Of a stretch of 18,318 bases of DNA, positions 7,790-14,066 are shown piece after piece; position 1 is the stretch's first letter; the number at the start of each line of letters is the position of its first letter. Below the pieces are notes generated by a model. The model made no database searches. It worked only from the letters and a program-made list of their open reading frames with translations, and was not told where the DNA came from. Position numbers and translations under genes: made by a program. The stretch is from Candidatus Eiseniibacteriota bacterium (GTDB lineage: Bacteria > Eisenbacteria > RBG-16-71-46 > DASYSL01), in NCBI GenBank assembly GCA_031431875.1, contig JANPEF010000021.1:1-18318 (forward strand), read 5' to 3'.

Positions 7790-7853
7790 TTGTCGGGAGG
7801 GGCCGGCCCGCCGTACGTTCGGCGGTCCGCCCGGCCCGCTCCTGTGCTAGAGT
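7790..7853 (+). promoter_or_regulatory. candidate internal promoter(s) for yceD-rpmF-plsX-fab
   Basis: TTGTCG (7790-7795) with an 18-nt spacer to TACGTT (7814-7819). Alternatively an extended -10 TG-C-TAGAGT (7845-7853). Both lie in the 96-nt ndk-yceD gap. Confidence 0.4.
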
Positions 7854-7879
7854 CCCGCGATCGGGCCCGGAGTGCCCCC

Positions 7880-8362
7880 ATGGCGGCGTTACGCCTTGAA
7901 CTGTCGACCTTTAAGCCCGGTGTGAACCGGGTGGATCTGGTCGCCGCTCCGGACGCGCTCGAGTTGCCGTCCGAGACGTGGCCGACTCCGATTACCATCG
8001 TGGTCGAGACCGATCGGGTCGGCGAGCTGTTCAACATCACGGCCCGCGTCGCCACCGAGTCCGACGAGGAATGCGCCCGTTGCCTGAAGCGCGTCCGGTT
8101 GCCTCTCGAGTGCGTCGTCCACCTGTTCGCCGAGCGGACGGGGACGGGACGCCACCGCGACGACGACCTCGGGGAGGATGACACGCTCATCTTCCACGAC
8201 GGCCGGCATGTGGACCTCGATGCGGGCGTGCGCGAAGCCGCGATTCTCGCCCGACCGATGGTGCCCCTGTGCCGCCCCGACTGTCGGGGCCTGTGCACGA
8301 GTTGTGGCGCCGATCTGAACGAAGGGCCCTGTTCTCACGCTCCGGATTCCGGATCGCGCTGA
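7880..8362 (+). CDS. yceD: YceD/DUF177 family protein (large ribosomal subunit accumulation), 160 aa
   Basis: ECARCL, VDLDAGVREAAILARPMVPLCRPDCRGLCTSCGADLNEGPC. Canonical position upstream of rpmF, with GGAG RBS. Confidence 0.9.
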   Translation: MAALRLELSTFKPGVNRVDLVAAPDALELPSETWPTPITIVVETDRVGELFNITARVATESDEECARCLKRVRLPLECVVHLFAERTGTGRHRDDDLGEDDTLIFHDGRHVDLDAGVREAAILARPMVPLCRPDCRGLCTSCGADLNEGPCSHAPDSGSR

Positions 8363-8419
8363 GGCGGCGCCCGTGACCGGGACCCTGCGCTCGAGCGCAC
8401 GGCCCGAGGGAGATGCACG

Positions 8420-8602
8420 ATGGCAGTTCCGAAGCGACGACACTCCAGCACCCGCGGCAAGAAGCGGCGCACCAACTGGAAGCTCAAGACCATGGATGTC
8501 GGCCCCTGCGCCCATTGCGGACAGCCGCGCCTGCCGCATCGCATCTGCGCGAACTGCGGCCACTACGGCGGCGAAGAGGTTCTCGTTCCCCGTAACGCGT
8601 GA
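8420..8602 (+). CDS. rpmF: 50S ribosomal protein L32 (Zn-ribbon type)
   Basis: MAVPKRRHSSTRGKKRRT, CAHC...PHRICANCGHY. Confidence 0.97.
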   Translation: MAVPKRRHSSTRGKKRRTNWKLKTMDVGPCAHCGQPRLPHRICANCGHYGGEEVLVPRNA

Positions 8603-9651
8603 GCTCCGCTCCGGACACGAGTGCGGCGCGAGGCGGAATCCCGACCATCGGCGTGGATGCCATGGGCGGGGATTTCGGCGCGCCCGTCATCGTGCCCGGC
8701 GTGGTGATGGCGCTCCGGGAGTTCCCGGGGCGTTTCCGGATTGCGCTCCTGGGGGATCTCGACGCCATGCGGGCTGAAGTCGCCCGCGCCCGCGCGACCG
8801 ACCTGCCGATCGAACTGGTCCACGCGCCCGAACGGGTCGAGATGGACGATCAACCCTCCACGGTGCTCCGGCGCAAGCCGCAATCCTCGCTCGCCATCGC
8901 CACGACGATGCAGAAGGAACGGAAGCTCGACGCGTTCTTCAGCGCCGGCTCGACCGGCGCGGTCGTCGCCGTGTCGCTGCTCGGCCTCGGCCGCCTCGAC
9001 GGCGTGAGCCGGCCGGCGATCGCCTCGATCTTCCCCAACCGCGGCAAGGGTTGCGTGGTCCTCGACGTCGGTGCGACCTCCGATTGCAAGGCCCTGCACC
9101 TGGTCCAGTTCGCCGAGATGGGCTCGTGCTACGCGCACGATGTGCTGGGCATGGCGGCACCCCGGGTGGGGCTGCTGTCGATCGGTGAGGAGTCATCGAA
9201 GGGAGATGAACTGCGCCAGGAGACCAACGGGCTGCTGGCGCAGATCGCGAACCTCAACTTCATCGGCAACGTCGAAGGGCGCGACATCCTCAAGGGAGGC
9301 GTGGACGTGGTGGTGACCGACGGGTTCACCGGCAACATCGTCCTCAAGCTGGCCGAATCCGTGATCGGACACGTCGCCCGCAGCTTTCGCCAGGAGATCG
9401 GGCGCAACCTGCAGGCGAAACTCGGCGCGCTGCTGCTCAAGCCCGCGTTCGACCAGATGAAGCAGCAGTTCGACTACGCCGAGTACGGCGGGGCGCCCTT
9501 GCTGGGCGTTGACGGGGTGATCTTCATCGGCCATGGCAGCTCGTCCCCGCGCGCCATCCGCAGCGCGATCCGGTCGACCTGCACGTTCGTCGAGCAGCGC
9601 GTCAACGAACACATCCCGCAACTCCTGAGGAACGTCCATGCCGAAGCCTGA
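8599..9651 (+). CDS. plsX: phosphate acyltransferase PlsX
   Basis: VDAMGGDF, SAGSTGA, RPAI, GNVEGRD, VVTDGFTGN, YGGAPLLG and GHGSS. GTGA overlap with rpmF. Confidence 0.96.
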   Translation: MSSAPDTSAARGGIPTIGVDAMGGDFGAPVIVPGVVMALREFPGRFRIALLGDLDAMRAEVARARATDLPIELVHAPERVEMDDQPSTVLRRKPQSSLAIATTMQKERKLDAFFSAGSTGAVVAVSLLGLGRLDGVSRPAIASIFPNRGKGCVVLDVGATSDCKALHLVQFAEMGSCYAHDVLGMAAPRVGLLSIGEESSKGDELRQETNGLLAQIANLNFIGNVEGRDILKGGVDVVVTDGFTGNIVLKLAESVIGHVARSFRQEIGRNLQAKLGALLLKPAFDQMKQQFDYAEYGGAPLLGVDGVIFIGHGSSSPRAIRSAIRSTCTFVEQRVNEHIPQLLRNVHAEA

Positions 9652-10714
9652 TCGCCCGCGCGGCGCCGTCATCGCCGGCACCGGCCGGGCACTGCCCGAG
9701 CGGGTCCTGTCCAATGCCGATCTCGAGAAGATGGTCGAGACGTCGGACGAGTGGATCGTCTCGCGCACCGGGATCCGTGAACGGCGCATGGTCGCCCCGG
9801 GACAGGACAACTCGGACCTCGCGTCCGCAGCCGCGCGCCTTGCGCTCGAGGCCGCTGGGCTCTCGGCCGACGACGTCGATCACATCTTCGTCGCCACCGT
9901 CACGCCGGATCGCATCCTGCCGTCGATGGCCTGCACGGTGCAGCAGAAGCTGGGCGCCACGCACGCCGCCGCGCTCGACATCAACGCCGCGTGCTCGGGC
10001 TTCCTCTACGGCCTGCAGATCGCGCAGGCGCTCGTCACCTCCGGCGCGTCCGACACCGTGCTCGTGATCGGCTCCGAGACCCTGACGCGCATCGTCGATT
10101 TCGAGGATCGCAACACCTGCGTGCTGTTCGGCGACGGCGCCGGAGCGGCGGTCGTCCGCCCGTGCGAGGCCGGAGTCGGCGTGCTCGCGGTCAAGCTGGG
10201 CGCCGACGGCGGCCAGGGCGACATGCTCACCGTGCCGGCCGGTGGCTCGCAGAAGCCCGCGACGCACGAGACGGTCGCCGCGCGCGAGCACTTCATCAAG
10301 ATGCGCGGCAACGAGCTGTTCAAGTTCGCGGTGCGCGCCATGGAGTCGATCTCGCGCGACGCGCTGGTCGAGGCCGGCCGCGACGCCTCGGAGCTGACCG
10401 CACTGATCCCGCACCAGGCGAACCGTCGCATCATCGACGCGACGGCCGAGCGCCTGGGGATCGCCAGCGAGAAGGTGTTCATGAACCTCGACCGCTACGG
10501 CAACACGTCGGCGGCGTCGGTGCCGATCCTGCTCGACGAGGTCGTGCGCGACGGCCGCATCAAGCAGGGCGACCTGCTCGAGCTGGTCGCCTTCGGCGGC
10601 GGCGTGACGTGGGGCGCGGCGGTGACGACGTGGGATCCGGCGGCGGCGTGGCCCGTCGAGGCGCGCGAGGCGCGGACCTCGATCGCCGCGGTCAAGACCG
10701 GGGCGCCGGCGTGA
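9638..10714 (+). CDS. fabH: 3-oxoacyl-ACP synthase III
   Basis: ETSDEWIVSRTGIRERR, catalytic Cys (AACSGF), His (PHQAN) and Asn (YGNTSAAS), LFGDGAGA, FGGG. Confidence 0.97.
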   Translation: MPKPDRPRGAVIAGTGRALPERVLSNADLEKMVETSDEWIVSRTGIRERRMVAPGQDNSDLASAAARLALEAAGLSADDVDHIFVATVTPDRILPSMACTVQQKLGATHAAALDINAACSGFLYGLQIAQALVTSGASDTVLVIGSETLTRIVDFEDRNTCVLFGDGAGAAVVRPCEAGVGVLAVKLGADGGQGDMLTVPAGGSQKPATHETVAAREHFIKMRGNELFKFAVRAMESISRDALVEAGRDASELTALIPHQANRRIIDATAERLGIASEKVFMNLDRYGNTSAASVPILLDEVVRDGRIKQGDLLELVAFGGGVTWGAAVTTWDPAAAWPVEAREARTSIAAVKTGAPA

Positions 10715-11661
10715 CGATCGCATTCCTCTTCCCGGGGCAGGGCTCGCAGGTCGTCGGCATGGGCAAGGCCCTCGCCGACGCCTTCCCCGAGGCCAGGGCC
10801 GCCTTCGCCGAGGCCGACGACGCCCTCGGCTTCGCGCTGACCGAGGTGATGTGGAACGGTCCCGAGGACACGCTCAAGGCCACCGAGAACGCGCAGGTCG
10901 CGTTGCTCGCGCATTCGGTCGCCGCGTTGCGCGTCGTCACGGCGCGCGGCGTCACGCCGGTCGCGGCCGCGGGACACTCGCTCGGCGAGTACAGCGCGCA
11001 TGTCGCCGCGGGCTCGCTCGCGTTCGCCGACGCGATCCGCCTGGTGCGCCGGCGCGGTGAACTGATGGCCGAGGCGGGAAGAGTTCGACCGGGCGGGATG
11101 GCTGCCATCCTGGGCCTCCCGGGCGAAGCGGTCGAAACGGTGTGCGCCGGATTGACTGCCGACGGGAGAGGAACGGTTGCTCCCGCGAACTTCAACTCGC
11201 CGGGGCAGGTCGTGATCTCGGGCGAGATCGACGCGGTCGAGGCCGCGATGGTCGCCTGCAAGGAGGCCGGCGCCAGGCGCGCGCTCCGGCTGCCGGTTTC
11301 GGGCGCGTTCCACTCGCCGCTCATGGGCCCCGCTGCCGAGGGCCTGGTCGCGGCGCTCGCCGCGGTGACCGTGAACGACGCGCACTGCCCGGTGATCGCC
11401 AACGTCGATGCGCGGCCGGTCACCGCCGCGGCCGACATTCGCGACCGCCTGGGGCGCCAACTCCTCGGTGCCGTGCGCTGGGAGGAGTCGATGCGCCATC
11501 TCGTCCTTAGCGGCACGGGCGCGTTCGTCGAACTGGGGACGGGCAAGGTGCTGCGCGGGCTCCTGCGCCAGATCGCGCCCGAGGCGAAGAGTGCCAACGT
11601 CGACGACCCGGCGAGCCTCGACGAGGCGCTCGCCCTCGTGACCGAAGGGGCCACGTCGTGA
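10711..11661 (+). CDS. fabD: malonyl-CoA:ACP transacylase, 316 aa
   Basis: [40 protein letters not shown] and VRWEES. GTG start at 10711 overlapping the fabH stop. Confidence 0.97.
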   Translation: MTIAFLFPGQGSQVVGMGKALADAFPEARAAFAEADDALGFALTEVMWNGPEDTLKATENAQVALLAHSVAALRVVTARGVTPVAAAGHSLGEYSAHVAAGSLAFADAIRLVRRRGELMAEAGRVRPGGMAAILGLPGEAVETVCAGLTADGRGTVAPANFNSPGQVVISGEIDAVEAAMVACKEAGARRALRLPVSGAFHSPLMGPAAEGLVAALAAVTVNDAHCPVIANVDARPVTAAADIRDRLGRQLLGAVRWEESMRHLVLSGTGAFVELGTGKVLRGLLRQIAPEAKSANVDDPASLDEALALVTEGATS

Positions 11662-12410
11662 GCGCGCGCGAGCTGGACGGGCAGGTGGCGATCGTCACCG
11701 GTGGGGCGACCGGCATCGGCCGCGCCATCGTCGATGTGCTGGCGCGCGATGGCGCGACCGTGGCCGTGATCGCCCGCAATCTCGAACGCGCCGAGGCTGC
11801 GTGCGCCGAGGTGCGCGCCCAGGGCGGCACTGCGCAGGCGTTCGCCGCCGACGTGGCCGACGCCGCGGCCGTGCAGGCCGCGTTCGATGCCGTGTTGAAG
11901 GACTTGTCGCGCATCGATATTCTGGTCAACAACTCGGGCGTGACCAGGGACGGACTCGTCCTGCGCATGACCGACGCCCAGTGGGGCGAAGTGCTGGCCA
12001 CCAACCTGACCGGCACCTTCCACTGCTGCCGCGCCGCGGCGCGCACGCTCCTCAAGCAGAAGAGCGGCCGCATCGTGAACATCGCGTCGGTGGTGGGGCA
12101 GATGGGCAACGCCGGCCAGGCCAACTACGTCGCCTCCCAGGCGGGCGTGATCGGCCTGACCAAGGCGCTGGCAAAGGAGTTCGCTCCGCGCGGTGTGACG
12201 GTGAACGCGGTGGCGCCGGGATTCATCCGTACGGCGATGACCGATGCGCTCACCGAGGTACAGCAGCAAGCGATGTTCGCGGCGATTCCTCTCGGACGAT
12301 TCGGCGAAGCCGCCGACGTCGCGGAGGCGGTCCGCTTCCTTGCCTCACCCCGCGCTGGCTACGTGACCGGACAGGTCTGGAACGTGGACGGCGGGATGGT
12401 GATGGCCTGA
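11658..12410 (+). CDS. fabG: 3-oxoacyl-ACP reductase (SDR) with an atypical YxxxQ active site
   Basis: [48 protein letters not shown] and [13 protein letters not shown]. Lies between fabD and acpP. Confidence 0.93.
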   Translation: MSARELDGQVAIVTGGATGIGRAIVDVLARDGATVAVIARNLERAEAACAEVRAQGGTAQAFAADVADAAAVQAAFDAVLKDLSRIDILVNNSGVTRDGLVLRMTDAQWGEVLATNLTGTFHCCRAAARTLLKQKSGRIVNIASVVGQMGNAGQANYVASQAGVIGLTKALAKEFAPRGVTVNAVAPGFIRTAMTDALTEVQQQAMFAAIPLGRFGEAADVAEAVRFLASPRAGYVTGQVWNVDGGMVMA

Positions 12411-12471
12411 GTCGTACCCAAACCCGCGGGATGACCCCGCGGGATCCCTGCATCAGAAGGAGGTGAACGGA

Positions 12472-12708
12472 ATGGCTTATAGCGAAGAGAAGGCCAAGGA
12501 GATCATCGCCAAGAACCTCGAGGTCTCCGTCGACCAGCTCGCTCCCGAGGCCAAGTTCATCGAGGACCTCGGCGCCGATTCGCTCGACACCGTCGAGCTC
12601 GTCATGGCGCTCGAGGAGGAGTTCGGCCTGGACATCCACGACGAGGACGCAGACAAGTTCAAGACCGTGGGTGACGCCCTGAACTACCTGAAGGAACACG
12701 CGCAGTGA
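12472..12708 (+). CDS. acpP: acyl carrier protein, 78 aa
   Basis: [21 protein letters not shown] phosphopantetheine motif. Strong RBS AAGGAGGTGA at 12457-12466. Confidence 0.97.
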   Translation: MAYSEEKAKEIIAKNLEVSVDQLAPEAKFIEDLGADSLDTVELVMALEEEFGLDIHDEDADKFKTVGDALNYLKEHAQ

Positions 12709-12759
12709 CGCGGGGCGGGGGAGGCCCGGACGCACCGCGATCCGGGTCCCCCTCCGCGT
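12708..12759 (+). terminator. imperfect GC-rich hairpin after acpP (partial terminator or 3' stabiliser)
   Basis: GCCCGGA (12724-12730)/TCCGGGT (12741-12747), GGGGG/CCCCC and ACGCGG/CCGCGT arms. No T-tract. Confidence 0.45.
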
Positions 12760-12800
12760 AGCAAACCCGGAGCAACCACCACCTCTTCGCAGGGACGATC

Positions 12801-14066
12801 GTGAACGCAGACCGCAAGGGAAAGATCGTGATCACCGGCATCGGCGTCGTGAGCCCCCTGGGCAACGACGTCGAGTCGATGTGGTCCGCCCTGGTCGCGG
12901 GCAGGAGCGGCGTGGGACCCATCACGCGCTTCGACGCCTCGACCGGCTACGCCACGCGCATCGCCGCGGAGGTGAAGGGCTTCGATCCCACCGTCTGGAT
13001 GGAGCGCAAGGACGCCAAGCGGAATGACCGCTTCGTCCAGCTCGGCGTGGCCGCCGCCGCACAGGCGGTGGAGTCCGCGCGCCTCGACATGAACACGGTC
13101 GACGCGAACCGCGTCGGCGTGATCATCGGTTCGGGCATCGGTGGGATCGGTACCTTCGAAGAGCAGCACACGAATCTCATCCAGAAGGGACCCGAACGGG
13201 TCTCGCCCTTCTTCATCCCGATGATGATCAGCAACATGGCCTCCGGCCAGATCTCGATCCACACCGGGGCGAAGGGACCGAACTTCACGACCGTGTCCGC
13301 CTGCACCTCATCGGCGAATGCGATCGGGGAGGCGCTGCGCTGTCTGCAGCACGACGACGCGGACGTGGTCATCACCGGAGGCACCGAAGCGACGGTCACG
13401 CCGATGGCGATCGCCGGCTTCAGCTCGATGAAGGCCATGTCCACAAGGAACGACGAACCAACCCGGGCCTCCAGGCCCTTCGACGCCGAACGTGACGGCT
13501 TCGTCATGGGCGAAGGCGCCGTGATGCTCGTGATCGAGAAGGAGGAGCACGCCATCAAGCGCGGCGCTCCGATCCTCTGCGAACTCGCGGGCTACGGAGC
13601 GTCCGGCGACGCGTATCACATCACCACCCCGATGCCTGACGGCGATGGCGCCGTGCGCGCCATGCGCCAGGCGTTGAATGACGCGGGAATGAAGCCCGAG
13701 GACGTGACGTACATCAACGCCCACGGCACTTCGACTCCCTACAACGACCGCACCGAGACGGTGGCGGTCAAGCGTCTGTTCGGGGAACACGCACGGAAGC
13801 TCATGCTGGCTTCGACGAAGTCCATGACCGGCCATCTCCTCGGCGCCGCGGGCGCCCTTGAGGCCGCGATCTGTGCATTGGTGATCACGCGTGGTGTCGT
13901 TCCGCCCACCATCAACTACGAGAACCCGGATCCCGAATGCGACCTAGACTGCGTACCGAATCAAGCCCGAACCGTCCCAGTGACGGCGGCACTCTCGAAC
14001 TCGATGGGGTTCGGCGGACACAACGGCAGCCTGGCGTTCCGGGCGATGCCGAAGCCGGCCGCCTGA
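12801..14066 (+). CDS. fabF: 3-oxoacyl-ACP synthase II
   Basis: [12 protein letters not shown], catalytic Cys (VSACTSS), [38 protein letters not shown] and GFGGHN. Confidence 0.97.
   Translation: MNADRKGKIVITGIGVVSPLGNDVESMWSALVAGRSGVGPITRFDASTGYATRIAAEVKGFDPTVWMERKDAKRNDRFVQLGVAAAAQAVESARLDMNTVDANRVGVIIGSGIGGIGTFEEQHTNLIQKGPERVSPFFIPMMISNMASGQISIHTGAKGPNFTTVSACTSSANAIGEALRCLQHDDADVVITGGTEATVTPMAIAGFSSMKAMSTRNDEPTRASRPFDAERDGFVMGEGAVMLVIEKEEHAIKRGAPILCELAGYGASGDAYHITTPMPDGDGAVRAMRQALNDAGMKPEDVTYINAHGTSTPYNDRTETVAVKRLFGEHARKLMLASTKSMTGHLLGAAGALEAAICALVITRGVVPPTINYENPDPECDLDCVPNQARTVPVTAALSNSMGFGGHNGSLAFRAMPKPAA

Noticed and set aside
8330..8362. YceD ends shortly after GPCSH and lacks the common DPRW..L tail
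   Set aside because: The C-terminus is variable in this family and no frameshifted continuation is evident.
10630..10714. About 27-aa C-terminal extension on FabH
   Set aside because: It is short and has no recognisable motif. It most simply bridges to the GTGA overlap with fabD.
12423..12445. CCCGCGGGAT direct repeat and self-palindrome upstream of acpP
   Set aside because: It is short and nearly all GC, so chance cannot be excluded, and it matches no operator I can name.
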